A stretch of 64,000 nt of DNA, from the sequence record OR637327.1. One strand, given 5' to 3'. Each line of letters opens with the position of its first letter. Position 1 is the first letter of the stretch. Shown here piece after piece: positions 18,170 through 26,947 of this stretch. The notes under the pieces were generated by a model that was given only the letters and a program-made list of their open reading frames with translations, was not told the DNA's origin and ran no database searches. This DNA comes from Klebsiella phage iPHaGe-KPN-11i. Made by a program: the position numbers and the translations under genes.

Positions 18170-18393
18170 GCTCTCTCCAGACGGGTTGTTACTTCACGGT
18201 TATAGATCCGCGCATACTGGCGAATGTCTTCGTTATCGCTGGTGTTCTTCGCGATATATGCATCATCTTCGGTTTCGAATGATGCTGGGTTGCGATCGTC
18301 GTTTGACAGATACAGTTTACCGAAGATATCTTTCTTTACAGTCTGTACCCCGACAAACATCACAAAATCTTTTTCTGTGTTAATTGAACTCAT
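18166..18393 (-). CDS. hypothetical protein
   Basis: 75 aa, ATGA overlap. Confidence 0.4.
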   Translation of the reverse strand: MSSINTEKDFVMFVGVQTVKKDIFGKLYLSNDDRNPASFETEDDAYIAKNTSDNEDIRQYARIYNREVTTRLERA

Positions 18394-18394
18394 G

Positions 18395-18685
18395 TTAAGC
18401 CCTCAAACCAAAGCTACGTTTTTTGATGACGGTGACATTATGAACACCTCTGTTATTGCAAGTGCTGGTTTTCAGAGTTTCGGCTTTACGCGCACCCAGA
18501 ACCAGAGTTTTAACAGGAGTCACAGGAGCAGCGATAACCACAACAGCAGCCCAACGTGCGCCAACAGCTTTATCAGTACCCAGGTCGATTACAGCAGAGG
18601 TATTTTTACCAGCAGCCAGAACATACGCACGGGCTTCACGACGAGTGTTGAAGCAAACCAGTTCTTTCATGTTGTAAGTTTTCAT
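18395..18685 (-). CDS. hypothetical protein
   Basis: 96 aa, Ala/Val-rich. Confidence 0.4.
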   Translation of the reverse strand: MKTYNMKELVCFNTRREARAYVLAAGKNTSAVIDLGTDKAVGARWAAVVVIAAPVTPVKTLVLGARKAETLKTSTCNNRGVHNVTVIKKRSFGLRA

Positions 18686-18781
18686 AATGTCATCCTCAAA
18701 GTTAAGTTGTATTGCCTACGTGGTTAAAGATACAAGAAAGCCGGATTCAGTGCAAGCATTATTTTGCATAAAAACGAAAAA

Positions 18782-18806
18782 AGCCGCCACCTTTCGGCAA
18801 CGGCTT
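18782..18806 (-). terminator. rho-independent terminator (minus strand)
   Basis: Minus strand reads gccgttgccgaaaggtggcggctttttt. Confidence 0.55.
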
Positions 18807-18811
18807 CATTT

Positions 18812-19093
18812 TTAATACTTTTCTTCTGGCTGGAACACCGCACGACACGCCCACATAGAGGCTTCTTTCAGTCGGTCTTTCGCCTTTTGGATTTGATGGA
18901 TACGTTCAAGCATCGCATCGAGTTCTTCGGTAGTGAATGAATCGGTATCTGATACCGCGTAATCACTTGAATACTCTTCATCAAGTTCTTTGAAGATTTC
19001 GCCCAGGGCAACTTCTGCGGCCTTGATGCGGTTTACTTTGTCGATCTTTTCTTTCGAGTGGGGCTTATAGCCCTGTACGTCTTCAATCGCCAT
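18812..19093 (-). CDS. hypothetical acidic protein
   Basis: 93 aa; ATGG overlap with the upstream gene. Confidence 0.45.
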   Translation of the reverse strand: MAIEDVQGYKPHSKEKIDKVNRIKAAEVALGEIFKELDEEYSSDYAVSDTDSFTTEELDAMLERIHQIQKAKDRLKEASMWACRAVFQPEEKY

Positions 19094-19455
19094 TATATAC
19101 TCTCTGTAAAGGTTCGGGCGATAACGTCGCGCTGTTGTTCAGGAGTCAGTGAATTGAAACGCACTGCATAGCCGGACACACGGATCGTTAACTGCGGGTA
19201 TTTTTCTGGATGCTTCACAGCATCTTCCAGAGTTTCACGGCGCAACACGTTTACGTTTAAGTGTTGTCCACCTTCCACTTTAACAGTGGGTTGAAATTCA
19301 ATATCAACTTCACGTTTTGCGAATGGAGCAACGCGAGCTTTACCGATCACTGAATCCATTTCGATGGTTTTGGATACCACCACACGAACATCATTACCTT
19401 CTTCCAGGTAGATTGTACCAGTGTGTAAACCTTCTAAAATCTGATATGCTTTCAT
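19093..19455 (-). CDS. grcA: autonomous glycyl-radical cofactor GrcA/YfiD-like protein
   Basis: C-terminal [61 protein letters not shown] contains the RVSGY glycyl-radical signature and matches E. coli GrcA almost exactly. Confidence 0.8.
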   Translation of the reverse strand: MKAYQILEGLHTGTIYLEEGNDVRVVVSKTIEMDSVIGKARVAPFAKREVDIEFQPTVKVEGGQHLNVNVLRRETLEDAVKHPEKYPQLTIRVSGYAVRFNSLTPEQQRDVIARTFTESI

Positions 19456-19459
19456 TGTA

Positions 19460-20029
19460 TTACCTTTCTACGACATAATAACGTAACGGGTTGATATGGA
19501 ACGCCAGCATTGCACGATCCAGCCCGTTAGGGTCAGTTACTTCCTGTTTCAGTTTCCACCCGCAATACACGCGTAAGCAGAACTGAACCTTTCCGACTTT
19601 AAGCCACGGTTTGAAGACATAAAGCCCCCATGCCGAATCATTCCACATCAACAGATAACCGTGACGCGAAGGATCGGAACCACCTTCTGTTTTCGGGTTG
19701 CCCTTCCAGGCGAAGTCTGACTGTGCTTCACGCCCTAAGACGTGATAAGCGAAGTTGTACGCTTTGTTACGCCACAACCAGCCTACACGTTGCGCATACA
19801 CACCCAGATCGCCTAAGTGATACCGGATGTTAGCCCAACGCCGGATATGTCCACCATCACCATCGATCGGGTTATCGAATGTTTCCATCCAACGGAACCC
19901 TTTAGGTAAGTGTCCGGTTTCGTCACTGTAGAACGGAACCACGAAAGGAGCCAGCAGAATAGCCAGAACACCCGAAAGAATATCCAGGGGAACCAGTACA
20001 AGCCAGCTTGCGTATTTCAAAAAGCGCAT
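19460..20029 (-). CDS. membrane-anchored hypothetical protein
   Basis: 189 aa; N-terminal TM helix, Trp/Gly-rich remainder. Confidence 0.5.
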   Translation of the reverse strand: MRFLKYASWLVLVPLDILSGVLAILLAPFVVPFYSDETGHLPKGFRWMETFDNPIDGDGGHIRRWANIRYHLGDLGVYAQRVGWLWRNKAYNFAYHVLGREAQSDFAWKGNPKTEGGSDPSRHGYLLMWNDSAWGLYVFKPWLKVGKVQFCLRVYCGWKLKQEVTDPNGLDRAMLAFHINPLRYYVVER

Positions 20030-20031
20030 AT

Positions 20032-20068
20032 GCTTCTCCAGAAAAAAGGCTATCCGAAGATAGCCTGT
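20032..20068 (-). terminator. rho-independent terminator (minus strand)
   Basis: Minus strand reads caggctatcttcggatagccttttttctgg. Confidence 0.55.
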
Positions 20069-20071
20069 TGA

Positions 20072-20491
20072 TTAACGAACTGCTTTGATATACTTATACG
20101 CTTCTGCGAACTCTTCTTCCAGAGCTTCGTTACAGAACGGGATACCTTCTGCTTTAAATCCACCAGTGATAAGGTACTGGATAAAGAATACAGAAGAATC
20201 TATAGAGATCAACTGATGGTTCGTAGGTTCGATATCAGTTCGACGAACGATATTGACGATCGACCAGTCAAAGAATCGTCGATGATATTCGTGTTTGCTA
20301 TTCACCTGCGGTGATGCAAAGAAACCATCAACAGAATACGCATCGAACGCTTTACGATATTCTTTATCGAAATCAGTGATTTCTTCGGTAAACAGTTTCA
20401 TCAATTTACCGTTGATTTCTTTTTCAGTTGATGCAGCGACGATTTCGCGAATTTTTGGGGTTAACTCAAACAGCTTTTGAAGACCTTTCAT
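20072..20491 (-). CDS. hypothetical protein
   Basis: 139-aa ORF downstream of the tRNA cluster. Confidence 0.5.
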   Translation of the reverse strand: MKGLQKLFELTPKIREIVAASTEKEINGKLMKLFTEEITDFDKEYRKAFDAYSVDGFFASPQVNSKHEYHRRFFDWSIVNIVRRTDIEPTNHQLISIDSSVFFIQYLITGGFKAEGIPFCNEALEEEFAEAYKYIKAVR

Positions 20492-20640
20492 ATTTTTCTC
20501 TTTTAAATTTGTGGGCTGGAAGTTTCTTTACTTCACCCCGCATTCCGGGGAACCTATTACCGGATACCAACAGAGCCTATCGCATACGATAAGGTTGCAT
20601 ATTCCGAACCATTTAACGGCATTGCGCTACGCACCCGAAT

Positions 20641-20716
20641 TGGAGCAGGTGAAGGGACTCGAACCCTCAACAATCTGGATGGAAACCAGATATTCTACCA
20701 ATTGAACTACACCTGC
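20641..20716 (-). tRNA. tRNA-Gly (anticodon UCC)
   Basis: Minus strand GCAGGTGTAGTTCAATTGGTAGAATATCTGGTTTCCATCCAGATTGTTGAGGGTTCGAGTCCCTTCACCTGCTCCA folds as a cloverleaf: 7-bp acceptor stem, anticodon loop TTTCCAT, TTCGAGT T-loop, CCA end. Confidence 0.8.
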
Positions 20717-20721
20717 GTATT

Positions 20722-20798
20722 TGGTGGCCCCTGCTGGATTCGAACCAGCAACCGCGCGATTATGAGTCACCCGCTCTAACCAATTAAGCTAAAGGGCC
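20722..20798 (-). tRNA. tRNA with CAU anticodon (Met, or Ile2 if lysidine-modified as in T4 tRNA-Ile)
   Basis: Minus strand GGCCCTTTAGCTTAATTGGTTAGAGCGGGTGACTCATAATCGCGCGGTTGCTGGTTCGAATCCAGCAGGGGCCACCA has anticodon loop CTCATAA, T-arm GCTGG/TTCGAAT/CCAGC and a CCA end. Confidence 0.75.
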
Positions 20799-20805
20799 GG
20801 AATTT

Positions 20806-21057
20806 TTAGAACTGTTTGCGATAGATTTCGCGAACCAGCGGATCAACATCTTTCGCGTACTTACATACGTCTTCGAACTGGACGATGTACGCCATGACTT
20901 CATCGGCACGGGATTTCAGTTTACCCTGATGCGCGTCAATGATCATTGCTGCCATTACGTCAATACGCGCTGGGGCTTCCAGAATTTCGCCTTTGTCGAA
21001 CAGCTTTTTGGATTTGCTGACGGTATCAGCGATAATTGCTTGAATTGATTTAGCCAT
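20806..21057 (-). CDS. rIII-like lysis inhibition accessory protein (synteny-based)
   Basis: 83 aa immediately downstream of gene 31, the position of T4 rIII (82 aa). Confidence 0.4.
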   Translation of the reverse strand: MAKSIQAIIADTVSKSKKLFDKGEILEAPARIDVMAAMIIDAHQGKLKSRADEVMAYIVQFEDVCKYAKDVDPLVREIYRKQF

Positions 21058-21059
21058 TT

Positions 21060-21416
21060 TTAGATCTCGTAGATTGCCTGGATTGCTTTGTAATGTGCGG
21101 AAACGTATTTTGTTTCCTTCTCTTTTGCTTCTTTTTCGGAAATGTAACCCGCAACCAGATCAGGGTCAGGAACATTCGCCATGTGAGCGCTTGGCAGTGG
21201 AATATATTTACCCAGGATTCGTTCTGCCGCTTCTGCTGGAACGTCTACGCCTACAGAAACAACTTTACCATAAAAAGGTTGTTCCCCGTGCTGGCGTACA
21301 CCAACCACGATACCAGATTCAGATTTGATTTCGGAACCCTGCGGACGCGCAGTAGCTTCGATGATCACATATTCGCCGGATGCTTTTACTTTCAGTTCAG
21401 ACATTTCTTTACTCAT
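21060..21416 (-). CDS. 31: head assembly co-chaperonin gp31 (GroES-like)
   Basis: GEYVIIEA...SGIVVG...VVSVG and C-terminal HYKAIQAIYEI parallel T4 gp31 (GEYVILV...CHYKAIPCLYK). Confidence 0.8.
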   Translation of the reverse strand: MSKEMSELKVKASGEYVIIEATARPQGSEIKSESGIVVGVRQHGEQPFYGKVVSVGVDVPAEAAERILGKYIPLPSAHMANVPDPDLVAGYISEKEAKEKETKYVSAHYKAIQAIYEI

Positions 21417-21939
21417 TGTTGTTAAACACTACTTTGGAAAAGTCGATAAACGATTCTAACTCTTCCCGTTTAATTTGTTCCACGACACAGCCATATTTCT
21501 GCAAGCGTGAAATCCATTCATCATTACCACGATCGTATTTATCGAGATAATACACCGATGTAATCGCCCCGTTAGCAACATACCATTCGATATGTTTCGC
21601 GCAGTTAGGGCAAGGCGATGCAGTTGTGTAAAGTGCTGCGTCTTTGAGTATAACACCTCTTGTGTGCGCACTCAATAGCGCTTTCATTTCTGCATGAATT
21701 TCGTTATCGTTTGACCATGCTGAATGTTCAGGACGATCAACCGCTTTCAGTTTACCGTCATCATTCACCATATGATTGTTGCATGAGTTGCAACGACAAT
21801 CAAGGTCAACCGTATTATTTTCGCCCCACGCGACGGCACGACCACCAATCGCGATAATAGCACCTACACGATTCGAAATACATTGAGAACGTTGACTCCG
21901 ATCGATTGCTCTCAACATATTCATTACTTTGAATTTCAT
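21409..21939 (-). CDS. cd: dCMP deaminase
   Basis: HAEMKAL and SPCPNCAK zinc-binding motifs of the cytidine/dCMP deaminase family; 176 aa. Confidence 0.85.
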   Translation of the reverse strand: MKFKVMNMLRAIDRSQRSQCISNRVGAIIAIGGRAVAWGENNTVDLDCRCNSCNNHMVNDDGKLKAVDRPEHSAWSNDNEIHAEMKALLSAHTRGVILKDAALYTTASPCPNCAKHIEWYVANGAITSVYYLDKYDRGNDEWISRLQKYGCVVEQIKREELESFIDFSKVVFNNNE

Positions 21940-22208
21940 TAACGGTCATCCATATATTTCAGAATGTCTTTGATGAAATCGTTATCAGGGTTGACGATGT
22001 GATACGTAGTACCTGAACGTGTCACCACTTCAACAAACGATTTGTTCGCCGGAATCGCGTATTCGACAACCGGACTTGTTGCAATGTCCTGTTGAGGATC
22101 GTTATCAACCAACCCAAACACACAACCATAACGAAGCATCGTTGGTTCAGTACAGAACCATGCCTGATGGATCTTTCTGATTTTGTCACTCATAATACTG
22201 CCGCCCAT
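21939..22208 (-). CDS. hypothetical protein
   Basis: 89 aa. Confidence 0.4.
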   Translation of the reverse strand: MGGSIMSDKIRKIHQAWFCTEPTMLRYGCVFGLVDNDPQQDIATSPVVEYAIPANKSFVEVVTRSGTTYHIVNPDNDFIKDILKYMDDR

Positions 22209-22456
22209 GTTACGAATTTAGTTACCGGATTCCACTGAATCCCGAACTGCTGTTCAACGATGTTACGTTGACTCAGAATACCCAGAAGGAAGGAGAACTG
22301 ACCATCGCGGACAATCTTCACTGTATAACCAGCAGGAATTTTATCAGCAATGCGCTGGCCTAACTGGTTGAGTTTCAGTTGTAGTTCAACAGGATTCTCA
22401 ACTTTAACACGATCACCCAGTTCAACCATCACATTTTCATTTTCACGAATAACCAT
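22190..22456 (-). CDS. hypothetical protein
   Basis: 88 aa. Confidence 0.4.
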   Translation of the reverse strand: MVIRENENVMVELGDRVKVENPVELQLKLNQLGQRIADKIPAGYTVKIVRDGQFSFLLGILSQRNIVEQQFGIQWNPVTKFVTWAAVL

Positions 22457-22516
22457 AATATTCTCCTTTGTTTGTGCGGGTATCTTATCACACCCGCACC
22501 CACTGTCAACTGTTTT

Positions 22517-23404
22517 TTAGAAGTCGCCGTAATCAACCTGGAAACACGGGATACCGTTCATTCGCCACATCCCGACTGGTGTATCCCTGTCGTCCACTGC
22601 AAGAACAGGATAATACTTATCGAGAATCTTTTCAACAAGTATTTGCTCTTTTACGTGGAAATCGTGACGATGATCACCTTCTTCGCGCATGTAGATACCA
22701 TCACTCAGATCAATATCATATCCGATCAGGCTTGCAGCGGTATCATGTGCGCACTGCGCAGTACCCTCACGCCCCGATACGACAACACAGGCATAGCCAG
22801 CGGCCTTATACATCCTGAACAGTTCTTGCACAGGAGGGTTAGCCGGATCGTTGATTACTTTCGTGAAATCATACGGGCTACGTTGTCCGACTTTGGTTAG
22901 AGTCCCGTCAACGTCGAAGATAACGCATTTTGGTTTCGTCGGATCTGCATAGCTCATAGCCGGAACCCAGCCACGGAGTTTACGGTACTGTTCGAACATC
23001 GCCCAGACACGGGAAACAGGTAAAGCATTTACACCGCGTTTATGGTTGCGTTTCAGAAGTTCAACGATATCAACATCAAAGTATTCGAAATGCAACTCCG
23101 CGCCTGTTCCTTTCGCGAGTTCTTTCCAGAAGATATGGTCGCCTGGTTTAAGATGCGTATTGTGTACAATAACGTTCTTTCCATGCCCCAGAGCACTAAG
23201 AACAATATTGGTTTGCATCTGAGTTACCAGTTTTTCTTTCTCTTCGGTGAAGCGGTAGCCAGTTAGATCACCGCCAGCACAATAAAGGGTTCGACGGATA
23301 TCGTCACGGGAAACAGTCAGAGTGTTCCCCAGTTGACGCGCTTTTTCTTTCGCCCATGTAGTTTTCCCGCTACCTGGTACGCCTACAGTAATAAACAGAT
23401 TCAT
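22517..23404 (-). CDS. pseT: polynucleotide 5'-kinase/3'-phosphatase PseT
   Basis: Walker A GVPGSGKTTWA, then SRDDIR, HAD motif VIFDVDGTL and C-terminal WRMNGIPCFQV, collinear with T4 Pnk. Confidence 0.85.
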   Translation of the reverse strand: MNLFITVGVPGSGKTTWAKEKARQLGNTLTVSRDDIRRTLYCAGGDLTGYRFTEEKEKLVTQMQTNIVLSALGHGKNVIVHNTHLKPGDHIFWKELAKGTGAELHFEYFDVDIVELLKRNHKRGVNALPVSRVWAMFEQYRKLRGWVPAMSYADPTKPKCVIFDVDGTLTKVGQRSPYDFTKVINDPANPPVQELFRMYKAAGYACVVVSGREGTAQCAHDTAASLIGYDIDLSDGIYMREEGDHRHDFHVKEQILVEKILDKYYPVLAVDDRDTPVGMWRMNGIPCFQVDYGDF

Positions 23405-23552
23405 TTCAAGATCTCATATTCAATTAGTTCCTGATTGGCTTCGGTATGCAGATTGACTGCAATCCCCCAATCGCTATCAATCCATAGTTCATTTTTGGAT
23501 TCTACAGCATCATACACCTTTCCGACCGTCAAGTCATCAAAGAATGTATCAA

Positions 23553-23870
23553 TTATTTTGACTTGCATTTCTCAGGGTATCCCACGGTACACAGAATGTT
23601 ATCCGTCTGGTCTTTCTGACGCTTAACGTCATTCATCCAGCTACGGAAGATTAACGAATCGGGATATGAAAGGGCAACGTATGGGTTTCCGTCATAAGGC
23701 ATGACAAGGTATTTTTTACCGTCAATCTCTCGGACTTCTGCAACCACTTTCCATTTCACATTAACCGGATTCACCTTAGCGGGGAGTGTAGGCAAAATCT
23801 TTTCTGGCGGCTTCTCCGCGCACCCAACCAACAGAACGCCCAGAACAAGGGCTAATGTCGTTATTTTCAT
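23553..23870 (-). CDS. outer-membrane lipoprotein, probable o-spanin (pseT.2-like)
   Basis: Signal peptide with lipobox LLVGC; ATGA overlap with the upstream i-spanin-like gene; adjacent to pseT as in T4. Confidence 0.55.
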   Translation of the reverse strand: MKITTLALVLGVLLVGCAEKPPEKILPTLPAKVNPVNVKWKVVAEVREIDGKKYLVMPYDGNPYVALSYPDSLIFRSWMNDVKRQKDQTDNILCTVGYPEKCKSK

Positions 23871-24193
23871 TTTTCGAAATCTCTCATATACTCTTCGAAG
23901 GATTTATTGATCTTGATTTCGATCAGTCCTGGTTTCTTGAACAGCAGGTCTTTACGTCCGGCATCCTTGACCAACTGCTGATCCTTCGCTTTCTGTTCGA
24001 CATAGATCACCGTATTGGTGTTGTTTGTCTCTTTGACTTTTTTGATATCAGCCTGTAACTCTTTGATATCTTTAGCCAATTGATCGTTTTCGCTCTTTAG
24101 CGTGATTGTCATGTACAAAAGCCCTGCCAAAGACAGGGCAACAAGCACAGGCCACACCAAAGAAGTTAACTTTGGAAAGGCTGGTAATGTCAT
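23867..24193 (-). CDS. N-terminal TM protein with periplasmic coiled coil, probable i-spanin (pseT.3-like)
   Basis: TM helix WPVLVALSLAGLLYMTI followed by a charged helical region. Confidence 0.55.
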   Translation of the reverse strand: MTLPAFPKLTSLVWPVLVALSLAGLLYMTITLKSENDQLAKDIKELQADIKKVKETNNTNTVIYVEQKAKDQQLVKDAGRKDLLFKKPGLIEIKINKSFEEYMRDFEK

Positions 24194-25347
24194 TTATATT
24201 CTTCCGGTATAAACTGTTCGTAGTTCTTCGCCATTAATGCAACGATGTTATCGACCAGCTTTTGCTTATCGGTATCATCGAAATAACGCATCATAGGCCC
24301 GAAGATGATACGACCGTCAGGGGTTAAGTCTGCGCTCAGGGCGATCGCGTAGTCTTTGCGTGATTTGCCTTTCGTGTCTTCGATTGCCTGGAATGCTTTT
24401 GCAGTCAGACGATTGAGACTATCAAGGAATAACGTTTCGAATGCGTCAATTTTCTTGAGTGCGTACATATCATCGAGGAACATTTGTTTCAGGTCATCGA
24501 CGGTATTTTCAACAATATTTAAGAACAGATCCTTATTATTGTTGATGCTATCTTTTGTGCGGTGAAGGTTTACATACCAGTTAGTTTTCGCTTTCACGAA
24601 ACCTTTATCAGTTTTAATTACGTAACCCTCGAAACCTTCTTTCGTGTATGCATCGGCAATGAATGCATCCAAATCGGTGACTTCGATTTTCTCGCGCTCA
24701 ACCAGGAACGGACGTAATACACCATCTGCGAAAATATCCTGATAATCAACATATTCGCCCGTGTCGTTATTACGGATGTTCAGGATCACCACTGCTGGTT
24801 CCTGATAGCCAATTACAATACGGTTTGTCGGTGCGACGTATTCCATGTTGACTGTGAAACCATCATTAACCAGTTCGGTCAGACGATCGAACAACGCGCG
24901 GTTAGTCTGGATCACGCTCATAGCGTCCATAGCCTGTTCAGATTGAACGGATGCTTTAGACTTAACGCCCAGATAGCCGGAATCACAGAAGGTGGAGATC
25001 AGGGAACCATCTTCCTTAATCATCACATCCACTACGGTTTCACCAATCGCCACAGGAGAGGCTTTCAGTGCTTCCCATGCCTTTACCTCGGCATAGTTGA
25101 AAAACTTCTCCATAGGGCGACTGGCGAGTTTTACGGGGGTATCCCCATCCATTACAAACATGATGCCGCGACATTCCAGCGCACCAGGTTTTAACCAGTC
25201 GGAATAGCTCGCCATGCGATAGTTAAAGATGCGAACATTGGTTTGCATCACAGTTTTTTGATCAATGAAGTAGAAGCATTCGCTTTCGTTACACAGTTTC
25301 ATCAACTGGTTGAATAAGGTTTTCTGATTTTTGGTTATCTTTGTCAT
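24190..25347 (-). CDS. 63: RNA ligase 1 (gp63)
   Basis: YSDWLKPGALECRGIMF...PVKLASRPMEKFFN and EDGSLIS adenylation lysine motif match T4 Rnl1. Confidence 0.85.
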   Translation of the reverse strand: MTKITKNQKTLFNQLMKLCNESECFYFIDQKTVMQTNVRIFNYRMASYSDWLKPGALECRGIMFVMDGDTPVKLASRPMEKFFNYAEVKAWEALKASPVAIGETVVDVMIKEDGSLISTFCDSGYLGVKSKASVQSEQAMDAMSVIQTNRALFDRLTELVNDGFTVNMEYVAPTNRIVIGYQEPAVVILNIRNNDTGEYVDYQDIFADGVLRPFLVEREKIEVTDLDAFIADAYTKEGFEGYVIKTDKGFVKAKTNWYVNLHRTKDSINNNKDLFLNIVENTVDDLKQMFLDDMYALKKIDAFETLFLDSLNRLTAKAFQAIEDTKGKSRKDYAIALSADLTPDGRIIFGPMMRYFDDTDKQKLVDNIVALMAKNYEQFIPEEYK

Positions 25348-25711
25348 AGTGCTGTTTGTTCCATTCAGGATTGATTTTTCGGATCATGTTTATTTCAAAA
25401 TCATGATATGTGTCTTCATCGTGTGTTGTCACGATAAGATTTACACGCTTACGTTTTTTGATTGCCATTTCCAGACGTGCGGTTTTCAAAATGTTACTGG
25501 GGTTTGCTTCCCGCCAGTATTTCGAATTGCGGTATGTGTCTAACCGCTTCCACATGTCTTTTGCTTTACCAACATACACTATAACATTGTCGATTTCAAT
25601 ACAATAAACGCAATTTCTCAACTCACCACACTTAACGAAACTGCGGTCTATTCGACCGCATTTGTCAAGAGACATTTTATAAACTTTCGTTGTAGTATTC
25701 ACCATGAACAA
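25289..25711 (-). CDS. denA: endonuclease II (denA), GIY-YIG nuclease
   Basis: NCVYCIEIDNVIVYVGKAKDMWKRLDTYRN and INPEWNKQH parallel T4 EndoII (NVIYAIAINDELVYIGKTKNLRKRINYYRT; FNPPWNIQHKK). Confidence 0.7.
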   Translation of the reverse strand: MFMVNTTTKVYKMSLDKCGRIDRSFVKCGELRNCVYCIEIDNVIVYVGKAKDMWKRLDTYRNSKYWREANPSNILKTARLEMAIKKRKRVNLIVTTHDEDTYHDFEINMIRKINPEWNKQHYDKDNQKSENLIQPVDETV

Positions 25712-25733
25712 CCTGTGCTTTCATTTTATGACC

Positions 25734-26909
25734 TTACGCGTATTTTTGTCGCCATTTTGCATAGGCTTCGTCGCTGATCTCAGTGTTGAGGTTGCCAACC
25801 AGGTAAGAACTAACTTCAACTTCCTGCGGGGCTACCTGTACGTTGTCAGACTTCAACCATTTGTTCATCCACGGATACGGGTTTGGCGTTGGTTTAAACG
25901 GAGACTGCAAGCCAACCGCGCGCATACGCTGATCCGTCAGGTGTTCGATATATGCGATCGTACTTTTCAGGGATACGCCGTCTACATCACCGATAGAGAA
26001 CAAATGTTCAGCCCATTCTTTTTCCTGTTCGTATACTTCCAGGAAAATCTTTGTCGCTTCCTCTTCGTACTGGTAAGCGATTTCCGCCATTTCTGGATCG
26101 TCTTTACCCATCTGCCAGAGTCGGATCTTGCTTTGAGTGCCTTTCTGGTGAAGTGCTTCATCACGGGCAATCAGGCGCATGATCTTCGCGTTACCTTCCA
26201 TCTTGCCTTGTTCGGCAAAGTTGAACGTGAAGGTAAACGACACGTAGAAGCGGATCGCTTCCAGAGCGTTGACAGCGTGCATACACAGGTACAGAGCAAC
26301 CTTACATTTACGCATTTGCTCTTTGCGTTTCTTCTCGTACTCTGCGATCGATTCGTCTGGGTATCCGTGGGACGTTAACATTTCGATTTTGAGCACAATG
26401 TTTTTCAGTTCGTGACACTCTGCGATCAGATCATCGTAGTATTTTGTCATGGAAGCCGAACGTTTCATGATCGCTTCGTTGCGCAGAATCTTATCGAACT
26501 CTTTAGACGGATCGATGTGTAGGTTACGCTGAATGTGCGTATAGCTGCGGCTATGGATTGTTTCACTGAACGCCCATGTTTCGATCCACGTTTCCATAGA
26601 GACATCGGAAGCGATAGGGAGGAACGCCAGGTTCGGGCCGCGCCCCTGAATGGTATCCAGCAGGGTTTGATATTGCAGGTTCGAATCGAAAATGATTTTT
26701 TCGTGATCCGGCATTTTCGCGTACTGCATACGGTCGATCGATAAGTCAATTTCTTCTGGACGCCAGAAGAATGACAGTTGTTTTTCAGTCAGTGTTTCGA
26801 ATACACGGTGTTTCTGTTCTTCGTATCGTGCTACGCCCGTATCCTCACCGAAGAACATAGGCTGTTCTAAGTGTTTGTGATCTGGGTTTGTGTTCATTAC
26901 AGTTAACAT
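25734..26909 (-). CDS. nrdB: ribonucleotide reductase small subunit NrdB
   Basis: Diiron/tyrosyl-radical RNR beta family; 391 aa, uninterrupted (no intron). Confidence 0.9.
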   Translation of the reverse strand: MLTVMNTNPDHKHLEQPMFFGEDTGVARYEEQKHRVFETLTEKQLSFFWRPEEIDLSIDRMQYAKMPDHEKIIFDSNLQYQTLLDTIQGRGPNLAFLPIASDVSMETWIETWAFSETIHSRSYTHIQRNLHIDPSKEFDKILRNEAIMKRSASMTKYYDDLIAECHELKNIVLKIEMLTSHGYPDESIAEYEKKRKEQMRKCKVALYLCMHAVNALEAIRFYVSFTFTFNFAEQGKMEGNAKIMRLIARDEALHQKGTQSKIRLWQMGKDDPEMAEIAYQYEEEATKIFLEVYEQEKEWAEHLFSIGDVDGVSLKSTIAYIEHLTDQRMRAVGLQSPFKPTPNPYPWMNKWLKSDNVQVAPQEVEVSSYLVGNLNTEISDEAYAKWRQKYA

Positions 26910-26922
26910 GGATTTACCTTAT

Positions 26923-26942
26923 AAAAAGCCCCCGAAGGGGCA
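26923..26942 (-). terminator. hairpin + T-run between nrdA and nrdB (attenuator/terminator)
   Basis: Minus strand reads gccccttcgggggcttttt. Confidence 0.5.
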
Positions 26943-26947
26943 TTGAA

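Noticed and set aside
20511-20705. 64-aa plus-strand ORF across the tRNA cluster
   Set aside because: It overlaps both tRNA genes on the opposite strand and has no ribosome-binding site, so it is spurious.
23405-23568. Possible small minus-strand gene (pseT.1-like) between the o-spanin and pseT
   Set aside because: Careful reverse-complement translation from the only ATG hits a TGA after 19 codons. There is no real ORF.
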